A DNA stretch of 64,000 nt from Tubulanus polymorphus (GCF_964204645.1 NW_027437441.1:62001-126000), one strand, 5' to 3'; positions 36,900 through 47,026 are shown, counted from the stretch's first letter. Notes: generated by a model from the letters alone, not told the origin. Translations and numbers: made by a program.

Positions 36900-38621
36900 A
36901 TGGCAGAAGGTGGAGAAGGTTTTCCATTGGATCCTTTTGGTGACACCCCCGGTATAAGTGATGAACCACAACCTGATTTTAGTGAAACAAGTTTTAATGA
37001 TGGTAATGAGCCAGAATATAATACTAATTTAGGTGAAGATGATGATTATGATGATGATTATGATGGAATTAATTCCGAATTACGTGAAAAATTAAATAAA
37101 TATTTAAAAGCTCCTGAAAGTGGTAGAATTTCAACTAGAACAGAAAGAAAAGAATTTATGGAACTATTAGTAAAACAACAAGAAAAATATCCTGATAAAC
37201 CTATGGAATTATATATATAGTATGAAATCTAGAGTAACAGATACAATTGTTAACGAATTATTACCAAAAGTTGTAATAGATGAAATTGATACTGAAGATG
37301 TTGTAGAACAAATTTTTAAAGATGACCCATATTTCACGAATAATTTAGAATTTAAAAAATGATTCATGGTATTATAATCTTGAATTAAATAGGAATACTG
37401 TATCAATTCAATTATCTAGAATGGGTCAAGAAAATATTTTTGAACCTGGAATGCGAGCATTATCTACAATTGAAGGTTCAAAAGGTGGTAGAGAATTTCT
37501 CAGAATTATATGGAATGCAATCGATAGAATAAATGAAGAAGAACCAATTCCTAATATTGATATAAACAAATATTCACCATTTAAAAATCCAAATCCAAAT
37601 CCTACTGATGTTGATCCAGAAACTGATGAAGATTTTGCAAATCGATTAGATAAATTAAGATCTTCAACGCCCGAAACATCGAGAAGAGACACTCAACAAA
37701 TTGATAATGATTCAAGTCAATTACAATTAACATTTGAAAAACAAATTGATAGATTAAGAGATTCAGAAGAACTGATGAATAGTATATCAGATACATCTGG
37801 TTCTGAAACTGGAATAAATCGAATACAATCTTTACTAGAAAAAGGATTACTTGATTTAACTGATGAAGAATTAAAACAATTTCCTGAAAAAGCACGTAGA
37901 GAAATTAAAGGTATGCAAGAATCAGCTGGTGAAATTGCTAATATTATGATGAGATTTTCTAAAATAACCATGTTAGAAAAAGAATTAACTAATGCAAATG
38001 AAGAATTAAAACAATTAGAATTAAATAGAGATCTTCAATTAATCGAGGAAGCTGATTATGAAAGCAGAAAGTTAGCTTTAGAAAAAGAAATAGATGATTT
38101 AAAATATAACAAAGAATTACAGGAAAAAGAAAGAGATACATTATTAAAATCATATGATCTTAATCATTTTAAATAATTAAAAGTTATTTTTAAAGATTTG
38201 TTGATCAGATTCTAAAATATCATTGAAAGATAGAATAAAGTTATTATTTGAATTAGAAGGAATAACAATTCTTTCAATTCTAACAGCTGTAACTATGTTA
38301 TTTACAACAATTGGTTTAGCAATATCAAATGCTTTAAAATCTATGCCTACTCCCAATAAACCGGATAAACCCCCAGATAATAATTCTATACAAGATAAAG
38401 TTAAAGATGGTTTAAAGAAATTAGCAAAATATTTATGGGAACTATCTAAAAAATCTGTTGCAGCTTTACCAGGAATTATTGCATCAATTGTTGGTTTTAT
38501 ATTGAAATCTGCTGGGAATATTCTTAACTTTGCTGCTGAACATATTATTTTATTTTTAATTACAGTTGTAAGTGCTATTATTTTTGGGTTAGTAAATATG
38601 ATATCAAAAAATATCAAGTAA
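36900..38621 (+). pseudogene. Acidic / coiled-coil / two-hydrophobic-helix membrane protein, broken into 36900-37220, 37421-38176 and 38223-38621
   Basis: Frameshifts in short runs; same architecture and C-terminus as 1429-2871. Confidence 0.7.
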
Positions 38622-38661
38622 ACATGATCAAAAATAAATAATTAATTTTTTTGTTAAATAA

Positions 38662-39909
38662 ATGAGTGGGAGTTATATCAATCCTTCTAAGAATCATAGA
38701 ATATCTAATGCTATTAAAGCAGAAAGATCTCATCATATAATTACTAATAACCCTTCTAATATTAATCCTGATGAAACTTTATATGTTAGAATCCATCGAT
38801 TAACACAAAATACTTTTTACGTTCCAAATAGTATTTATTTATCAGCCGATATAAAAGTAATCGGTAATAATAATAATTATGTTGTTGATAATGTCGGAAG
38901 ATATTTGATTAAAAAATTAACAATAAAGATTGGTCCAGAAACAGTTTTCTCATTAGATGATTATAATTTATTCATGCATTATAAAGATTTATGGTTAACT
39001 AAAGAAAATAGAAATAATATGATATTTCAGGGCATTCAATCGGAAAACCATAATAAATTAAGATCAGGAGCTAATGACGCAATAGTAACTCGTGCCACAG
39101 ATAATTTGATTAAAAAGATTTATGGAAGCAAATATAAAATTCCATTAGACTTTGAATTGATAAATAATAATGCACCTTTATATACATACGCAATTCAAGA
39201 AGATATTATATTTGAGATAACATTCGCTCCTGTAAATGAAATTGTATTATCTAGCGTTGTTAAAGATATGAGTTATAAATTATCGAATATATGTTTAGAA
39301 TATGATACAGTAACTGATGAAAATATTGCTAACACAATTCAAACTCAATACAATCAAGGATTTTCATTATTATATGATTATATTGATAAATTTAAAACTG
39401 TAACTATCAATGCAAATGATGAAATAATCAATGAGAATATTAACTTCCCAAGAAGATCTATTAAAGGTATATTAATATTTTTTACCATTGCAACATATAC
39501 TAATGGCGCAATAAATGTTGATAATTATTATAATCCTGAAATAACAAAAGTAAAAATAACTATCGAAGGAATAGCAAATAAAATATTTTGTCAAGGAATG
39601 AGAATGATAGATCAATGGCCAGAAATTAGAAAACATTTTACGAATGAAAAAGTAAAATCATCTGAAGATTGTAATATTAATCAAATTGATTATTATACCG
39701 GTAATAAATATGCATTATGGTTAGATTTTAGAACAACAGAGGATAACTTATTACATGGTTCTGGAAAAAAATTACAGAACACTAAAGATGGAATACAATT
39801 ATTCATGACAAAGAAAAAGGGAAGCCTAAATTTCAAAATGCATATTTATATTATATCTGACGCGCAATTAAATATTGTAAATTCACAATTAGATAGTGTT
39901 ATGTATTAA
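38662..39909 (+). CDS. Major capsid protein of Polinton-2
   Basis: Intact 415 aa, roughly 90% identical by eye to 2892-4139. Confidence 0.75.
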   Translation: MSGSYINPSKNHRISNAIKAERSHHIITNNPSNINPDETLYVRIHRLTQNTFYVPNSIYLSADIKVIGNNNNYVVDNVGRYLIKKLTIKIGPETVFSLDDYNLFMHYKDLWLTKENRNNMIFQGIQSENHNKLRSGANDAIVTRATDNLIKKIYGSKYKIPLDFELINNNAPLYTYAIQEDIIFEITFAPVNEIVLSSVVKDMSYKLSNICLEYDTVTDENIANTIQTQYNQGFSLLYDYIDKFKTVTINANDEIINENINFPRRSIKGILIFFTIATYTNGAINVDNYYNPEITKVKITIEGIANKIFCQGMRMIDQWPEIRKHFTNEKVKSSEDCNINQIDYYTGNKYALWLDFRTTEDNLLHGSGKKLQNTKDGIQLFMTKKKGSLNFKMHIYIISDAQLNIVNSQLDSVMY

Positions 39910-39941
39910 AATTTTAACTTTAATAAAAAATCTTATATTAA

Positions 39942-40766
39942 ATGGAAGGAGGTAAAGTATATAAACATATTTCATACATCGATACACATGAAAATAATGA
40001 TGGTTTATATTATGTAATACCTTGTAATATAGCTTTGATATTTGATCCTATTTTCAAAATTTATAAAACTAAACTAATAGAAATCGATAATAATAAAAGT
40101 GGTGTTGTTGATAATTTAAGTAATGTAATTGATAATAATGTAATACCTCCTACTACAGTAATACCTACTACAGTAATACCTACTACATCTAATAATGTAA
40201 AACCTACTACATCTAATAATGAAATAATATTAAATTTTAGTGAAAATAGAAATTATTGTGATTATTGTAAAGGTGAATTTTCAAACGCTCCATCAAATTG
40301 GAATAAACATATGAATACAAAGGTACATATTACTAATGTTATAGAACGTGTTGGTTTAAGAGAATTTATAGAACACCCATTTAGATATGTTACAAAATTT
40401 GTTTCAAATAAAAAAGTAAATGGTAAAGAATTATATGAAGATTTTTTATTAGCAACACCTAATAAAGATGAATTAGATTTAACCGATGCTAATAAAATAT
40501 TAGGATCATACACTGTAAATGAAATATTAGGAGCAAACACTAATAAAGATGATAATGAAAATGGCGCCATACGGCACCCACATGGTGATATAGTTACAGA
40601 TATTGATATTAAAGATTATGTGGACACACTTTTGGTGAAAGATAAAGAAGAAACTTTTGATGATGCGGTAGAAAGGATGAATAAGTATAACAATAAAACA
40701 ACTATTGATGATGATACGGTAGAGAGTTTGAATAAATTGTTAGGGTCTGATAGTGAAAGTGATTAA
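39942..40766 (+). CDS. Zinc-finger protein (YCDYC..NWNKHMNTKVH) with PTT repeats
   Basis: Intact 274-aa ORF with a TAAATG start. Confidence 0.65.
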   Translation: MEGGKVYKHISYIDTHENNDGLYYVIPCNIALIFDPIFKIYKTKLIEIDNNKSGVVDNLSNVIDNNVIPPTTVIPTTVIPTTSNNVKPTTSNNEIILNFSENRNYCDYCKGEFSNAPSNWNKHMNTKVHITNVIERVGLREFIEHPFRYVTKFVSNKKVNGKELYEDFLLATPNKDELDLTDANKILGSYTVNEILGANTNKDDNENGAIRHPHGDIVTDIDIKDYVDTLLVKDKEETFDDAVERMNKYNNKTTIDDDTVESLNKLLGSDSESD

Positions 40767-41190
40767 GATATTAATTATATTTTATTCAAATAATAATATT
40801 AGTTGAAAATTGTATAAAATAATAGAAAATAAAAAGGGGGTTTTAAGTATTTAAGGTATTTAAGGTATCTAATACATATCTAATACATATTATTTGAAAA
40901 TACCTTAAATAATATTTCTTTTTTAAATTTATGTTGAAACCTCAGTAATAATAAATAACCTTTATTATTTTCAAACTTATTCATATATTAGTTGAAATAA
41001 TAAAAATAAATTGGTTGAAAATTGTATAAATAATATTTATTTTAAAAAAGGGGGTTTTAAGTATTTAAGGTATCTAATAGGGTATCAGGTATTAGGGCAT
41101 CTAATAGGGTATCTAATACATAGGTATTCATGAATAACATATAAATGAATAACTTCTAAAATCAATTTAGTAAAAAAATATGTATAATAA

Positions 41191-41841
41191 ATGGAACCAG
41201 AACAACCACAAACTATAAATATTACAAATAACACTGGCGTTATAAACATATACTACAAGAAGTGTTCTAAATGTGAATTAGATAAATCATTAACAGAATT
41301 TAGTAAGCGTAAGATTAGCAAAGATGGTTTTCAATATTGCTGTAAAACTTGTACTAAACTATATACCAAACAATATCGAGAAGATAATAGAGAAGCTTAC
41401 AATGATTATATGACAGAATATATGAGAGTAAGATATCAAACAGATCTTAATTTTAGATTGAAACAATGTTTAAGATCTAGATTAACACAATTATTCAACA
41501 AAGAAACGCATTCAGAAACACTATTTAATTTATTGGGTTGTACAGATGAATTTCTCAAATCATGGATAATATATCAATTCGATGATAAAATGAATATAGA
41601 TAATTATGGTGAATACTTTCATATTGATCACGTGTTGCCTATTTCTAAATTTGACATGAGTGATGATTATAATAAGAAGCTAATCTGGTGCTGGAAGAAT
41701 TTAAGACCTTTAGAAAAGAAGGAAAACATAATTAAATCTAATAAACTAGATTTACAGTTATATTTAGATCAACTGGATAAAGCAAAGACATTTGTTGAAT
41801 TATGGAACTCAACACATAATGAAAAATACGTTGAATGTTAA
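41191..41841 (+). CDS. HNH endonuclease of the type common in large nucleocytoplasmic DNA viruses
   Basis: N-terminal CxxC..CKxC; LLGC..FL..I..QF..M..DNYG..HIDH..P..NL.PL...EN..K. Confidence 0.8.
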   Translation: MEPEQPQTINITNNTGVINIYYKKCSKCELDKSLTEFSKRKISKDGFQYCCKTCTKLYTKQYREDNREAYNDYMTEYMRVRYQTDLNFRLKQCLRSRLTQLFNKETHSETLFNLLGCTDEFLKSWIIYQFDDKMNIDNYGEYFHIDHVLPISKFDMSDDYNKKLIWCWKNLRPLEKKENIIKSNKLDLQLYLDQLDKAKTFVELWNSTHNEKYVEC

Positions 41842-43013
41842 ACGCTTAGAAAACCGGTTACTCTCAATCTATGTCAAACCGCCTGTATGTAATTGTATTA
41901 GGTTGTTTACAAAAACATCTGTGCCGTATTTCATATTCAGTTGAATGGGGCGCACCTCATTTGAATATTGATCGATTGTGCTATTTCAGTTGAAAAGGAT
42001 TAATCATAAAAGAACAAAGGAACATCTGTTGCACCAGACAGTGTTTAGCTAGTGAATAACTGGCAGTTATAAACGCGCAGCACATAAGCATAGGAACGTA
42101 TAGGATATTCTCTATTTTCAATTTTATTTCTCTATTTCTCACAATTTTAGGAGTTTACAGTTATAAATGTAAGTACTGTTTTTGTTGTTATTAAGGCGTT
42201 GGAAAACGCTAAACATGTAAAACTTATCCTGGTAAGATGCGCCACAAAATGGTCATGTTTAAGTGTTGTAATTAATATTTTACAACTACAACTTCAAGTT
42301 AGTTTTATTCTACGCTAGATATTTATCTTTTAGATAACTAAATGAAGACTATTGAATCAAGAAAGTGAAGATAGATGGATGTGGAATCAGAAATTATGGA
42401 TATATCAACTCATAAGACTGTAGCAGTTTAGCCATACTGTATAGGCTTTCAATGCATTACGTTTGTCGGAATATCAATTGCGTCATTAAGCTGTTGTTAA
42501 TGTCGCACAGTGACAGATGTTGTATTGTATTTTATTGATTCCTGCATTCCACGCATACCTTACCGCTCCTCTCTGGAGCGGCTTGGAATGTGGAAATCGA
42601 TAATGATTGTAGAATAAAATATACGTGTGTTTATGAAATAGTATTTCCAACAGTCGTTTCTTTGAATTTATTTTCAGTTTTAGGATTTATTATCGAGAAT
42701 CCGAAATGCCTTAACTGGACAGTTATAATTACTGCTCCTAATAGATAGACAATAGTAGTGAGATAATCTAAATCCTAATTTAAATAAAAAGTATTTAAAA
42801 AACAATAACTTCAACTAGTTAGTGAATTCTATTATATTTTTAATACTTTCTTTTCAAAAGAGAATACTTTATATTTTGAATAGATCCGAATAGAAATTCT
42901 TTAAACTCAAATAGCTAGTATCAGTAGTCAATACTAGAATTCTTTAGTTTTAACTAGCTAGTATCATTTTATAATACTTATAATATTTTTCTTATTAAAT
43001 TTCTCTAATATAA

Positions 43014-43616
43014 ATGTCAAAGAAATCTAATAAAAATAGTATTGATATTGAAAAGACATTAGATGATTTAGGTATTAGTGATAATAAAGATACAGTTGTT
43101 TCTAATTTTATTCAAGTTAATAACAATATAGATTATGAATACTATTTATATTATAAGCACCATATAGAACTATTGATTGCCGGTGGAAAAACTAATGAGT
43201 TTTTAAATAGAATCATTACTTTTCAAGAACTAGACTCTATGAAACCAGATAAAGTAATAAAATATTTTAAGATTTATGAAGAGTCAAGATTAGCTAGAAT
43301 AAACGACTCTATAAGTGATGGTATTGTCAAATGTTACTCTAAGTTATGTAACCAGTTAATACCAATTGATGACGAAAATAAATTATATAGTGATTTGAAA
43401 AATGACTACTTAGTTATGACTGAATTACAAAAATGGGTCGGTTATGCTTCATTTCAATTAGGATCGGTTATGACATTAATTTCTACTGGTATCATAACAT
43501 TTTCGAACATCAAGCCTATGGAATATAAATCAGGTAAGAACGAAACAGATGTACTACAACCAAACGTCGAAACAGAAAATGAATCAGAACAAAAATTAAC
43601 TAAAATAAATGAGTGA
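43014..43616 (+). CDS. Conserved Polinton hypothetical protein (200 aa)
   Basis: Intact; paralog at 7599-8186. Confidence 0.7.
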   Translation: MSKKSNKNSIDIEKTLDDLGISDNKDTVVSNFIQVNNNIDYEYYLYYKHHIELLIAGGKTNEFLNRIITFQELDSMKPDKVIKYFKIYEESRLARINDSISDGIVKCYSKLCNQLIPIDDENKLYSDLKNDYLVMTELQKWVGYASFQLGSVMTLISTGIITFSNIKPMEYKSGKNETDVLQPNVETENESEQKLTKINE

Positions 43617-43968
43617 TGGAGTTAAGAAAAAGGCTAGATCCGAGAAACAAATTAAATGGGCAAGAGAATTAGGTAAAAGATCTTCAGAATTAAAAAAAGC
43701 TAAGAAAAAGAAATTAACTGATATAAATGAATTATCTGATATTGATTCAAATAATAATCCATCTGATTCTTCTAATGCTGGAAGTAATTATAAATTATAT
43801 ATTACAATTGGATTAGTAACAGTTATTATATTATCTGGTGTAATATATAAATCAAAATTCAAATCCGATGATAAAGATGATTCCAATGATAATATACCTA
43901 TCATACCAGAAAATAAGTCAAATCATAACGTCATTGAAACTAAATCTAAATTATTATTAATGGATTAA
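43609..43968 (+). CDS. Small basic single-transmembrane protein
   Basis: YITIGLVTVIILSGVIY; paralog at 7221-7589. Confidence 0.7.
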   Translation: MSDGVKKKARSEKQIKWARELGKRSSELKKAKKKKLTDINELSDIDSNNNPSDSSNAGSNYKLYITIGLVTVIILSGVIYKSKFKSDDKDDSNDNIPIIPENKSNHNVIETKSKLLLMD

Positions 43969-43974
43969 AATAGA

Positions 43975-45696
43975 ATGAAAAAAGAACAATATTTAAGAGA
44001 TTTATATTATAACCCAGAAAGTGAAGTATCATATTCTAGTATTTCAGAATTATGGGGTAAAATTAAATCTGATAAGGAAAATGGTAATGGTGCCGTATGG
44101 CACCCACATGGTGGTATAAAATATAGTGAGTTAAAATTATGGTTACAAAATCAACCAACATATCAAATCCACAAGAAAATGGATAAAACTTATTTAACAA
44201 GAAAAGTTATGGTTTCATATATCGATCAACAATGGCAAGCAGATTTAATTGACATGAAGAACTTAGAGGAATACAACAAAGGATATTTCTGGATACTGAA
44301 TGTTATAGACATATTCAGTCGATACGCATGGTCAATTCCAATCAAAAATAAAACTGGTATAGAAGTAACAAATGCTTTTAAATCTATATTTAAAGAAGCT
44401 ATTCCTGATAAGATACAATTTGATGAAGGTAAGGAATTCTATAACAAACATTTCAAAAAACTATTATCTGATAACGATGTAGACTATTTTTCAACACACT
44501 CAGATAAAAAAGCATCTATTATAGAAAGATTTAATAAAACATTGAAAACTAGAATGTGGAAATATTTTACTGCTAATGAAACATATAAATATATCGATGT
44601 GTTAGATGATTTAGTGAAAGGTTATAATAATTCTAAACATAGTTCTATAAATATGAAACCTATACAAGCTAGAAAAGAAGATAATTCGGAAATAGTTTGG
44701 AATAATTTATATGGAGCGTTTGTTACACATGATTTCGGAGAACCTAAATTTAAAATAAGACAACACGTAAGAATATCTAAATATAGAAAAACATTTTATA
44801 AAGGTTATACCCCTAATTTTACAGAAGAAATATTTAAGATTAAAAAGATAATATTAACTAAACCTTTTGTTTATAAATTAGAAGATCTAAAAGATGAAGA
44901 AATATTAGGTTATTTCTATGAACAAGAATTATCACTTGTACCAAATCCAGATGAAATAGAATACAAAATAGAAAAAGTATTGAAAACAAAAACTCTTAAA
45001 GGAAAAAAGTATTCTTTGGTGAAATATAAAGGATACGATGATAAATTTAATGAATGGATTTTATCTAGTAAAATTAAAAAATTAATGAATAAAGATTTAT
45101 TTACATTTGAACCGCATAATATGTTAGTTACTGGAGTAACCAATTGTGGTAAAACACATTTCATATTAGATTTGTTAGAAACTATTTATAAGAATCATTT
45201 TGATAATATAATATTATTCTGTCCTACTTATGAAATGAATAAAACATATAATAGAGACATAGTTAAGATGAAAAAGTTTATTATATTAGATCCTAAAACA
45301 GTAACAGGAAATTTAGATAATTGTATAAAAATAGCAATTGATACTTATAAAGGATCAAATACATTATTCATTGTAGATGATTGCGCAAATTTACATGATT
45401 CAAAAGTTAGAGAAAGTGAGTTATGTTATTTGGCTTTCTCTGGGAGACATTTTGGGATAACAACATGGGTTTTAAATCAAAAATATAATTCAATTGTTAA
45501 AGACCTTAGGGAGAATATAAGATTTCTAGTTTCATTTTATGACAAAGATAAAAAATCTATGCAACAATCATTGGAAGAAAATCAAATTATACCTACTGAA
45601 TTACATGATGAATATATGAATAAATTAAAGAATAATAAAGGTTCAAAATTATTACTGAGATTACAATTTCCATATGAATATAAATTTATAGAATAA
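43975..45696 (+). CDS. Retroviral-like (rve) integrase + chromodomain + A32/FtsK-type packaging ATPase in one ORF
   Basis: DDE motifs; chromodomain YKIEKVL..YSLVKYKGYDDKFNEW; Walker A GVTNCGKT, Walker B LFIVDD, and the GRH..Q motif. Confidence 0.92.
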   Translation: MKKEQYLRDLYYNPESEVSYSSISELWGKIKSDKENGNGAVWHPHGGIKYSELKLWLQNQPTYQIHKKMDKTYLTRKVMVSYIDQQWQADLIDMKNLEEYNKGYFWILNVIDIFSRYAWSIPIKNKTGIEVTNAFKSIFKEAIPDKIQFDEGKEFYNKHFKKLLSDNDVDYFSTHSDKKASIIERFNKTLKTRMWKYFTANETYKYIDVLDDLVKGYNNSKHSSINMKPIQARKEDNSEIVWNNLYGAFVTHDFGEPKFKIRQHVRISKYRKTFYKGYTPNFTEEIFKIKKIILTKPFVYKLEDLKDEEILGYFYEQELSLVPNPDEIEYKIEKVLKTKTLKGKKYSLVKYKGYDDKFNEWILSSKIKKLMNKDLFTFEPHNMLVTGVTNCGKTHFILDLLETIYKNHFDNIILFCPTYEMNKTYNRDIVKMKKFIILDPKTVTGNLDNCIKIAIDTYKGSNTLFIVDDCANLHDSKVRESELCYLAFSGRHFGITTWVLNQKYNSIVKDLRENIRFLVSFYDKDKKSMQQSLEENQIIPTELHDEYMNKLKNNKGSKLLLRLQFPYEYKFIE

Positions 45697-45703
45697 CTAT
45701 TTG

Positions 45704-46190
45704 TATATCTATTCTATAAGAGCTTACACTTTTATATTGAATAATCTGTCAATTTAAATGTTATTCATGTATATGATTATTTTAAGAGTAATAGGGGTAA
45801 TGGGCTTTCATATCAAAGGTTGAATGGTCGAGTTCATTAAAAACAAATATTAAAAGTAATTTAAAACTATAATATATTTTCATAACCGTGTGTATTTCAG
45901 TTGAATAATAGAATTATTATTATTATTTGAATATATTTGATTATATGAATGTGTGTATTGTAAATAAATCAATTGGTCGCGGAGCGGAGCGGTAGCGAAG
46001 TGGAGCGACCAATTGATTTGATATAATATGCTTTTTAAAATATTGATATCTTAGAATAAATATTTAGTTATAATATAAAATGCACACGGTTATGAAAATA
46101 TATTATAGTTTTAAATTACATTTAATGTTTTGTTTTTTAATGAGCTCGACCGTTCGACCTTTGGTATGAAAGCCCATTACCCCTATTACT
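45704..46190 (-). repeat. Right TIR of Polinton-2; 45787-46190 is itself a fold-back
   Basis: Reverse complement of 27837-28314. Confidence 0.95.
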
Positions 46191-47026
46191 GGCCTACATA
46201 GGCTAGTAGCCTCTACTAGGTTAAGCGTTCGCTGTGGGGGAAAGAAGATCGTTCGCTGTGTCGCTTGAAGTGTTTATCGAGTTTTACGCGACCTTAAGGC
46301 TTTAGTATGGTGGCTGATAAGGGACATGCGTAAAAAAACACGTATATGCAAATGAGGGCGACATTATGACAAAACGACAAAACTAAAATAACGCGACAAA
46401 ACAATAATTTTGGTTTTGTCGCCCGCGACAATTCATTTTATTTTGGTTTTATCGCCCGCGACAATTCATTATTTTCATTATGAGTTTTCCGGTTTGCTCG
46501 GCTACCCGTACTGGCGGGGTAGTCTAGAGAGGCCGATGAAAACTCCGGTTTGCTGAACCACCCCTCTTTGCGGGGATGCGGTATGATGTTTGATCTGGCA
46601 GTTTCAAGTGGTTAATGGCTGTTTCAAGTGCTTACAACGATGCTTATTTCTTCGTGGTACATGGTGGTTTAAAAAATGATTTCATAATGATACGTTCAAC
46701 GCGTGGGCTTCGTAGAAAGACCACTACCTGTGACCTTCCCAAATTTTAATTGTCCTGTCCGATTTGGTTTCATCCAATTGAGAGACTGCCTTTTCCAGTT
46801 AGGGCATTTTTGGATCACGTCACTCCAGGAAATGACTTAACGCTTTTGGGCCCCTTCGTCGGTTCCACATGTTTCATTTGAGCTATAGGCCACAATGGTG
46901 ACACCATGATGGTCAGTAACTGACCAATTGAGATATCCCCGAGTCTGAACACTTGACTTCGAATTCCGGAAATTTATCATGTAATGTTTGTTTTCAAACT
47001 ACTAAGGAATCGTCATTGCAAATTCA

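Larger units (their letters stand above)
33411..37388. repeat. Fold-back inverted duplication (arms 33411-35914 and 35968-37388; right arm has a ~1.1-kb deletion)
   Basis: ORFs 33437-33895(-) and 36900-37220(+), and 34015-34416(-) and 36379-36780(+), are nearly identical; palindrome centre near 35940. Confidence 0.92.
27837..46190 (+). mobile_element. Polinton/Maverick-2 (adintovirus-like), 18.35 kb, both ends present, internally rearranged and defective
   Basis: AGTAAT..ATTACT termini, ~480-bp TIRs, GGCCTA at 27831-27836 and 46191-46196; pPolB, integrase, ATPase and capsid genes. Confidence 0.95.

Noticed and set aside
27837-46190. Bacterial prophage or plasmid interpretation
   Set aside because: The rve integrase with chromodomain, piggyBac insertions, satellites and HINEs indicate an endogenous element in a eukaryotic genome.
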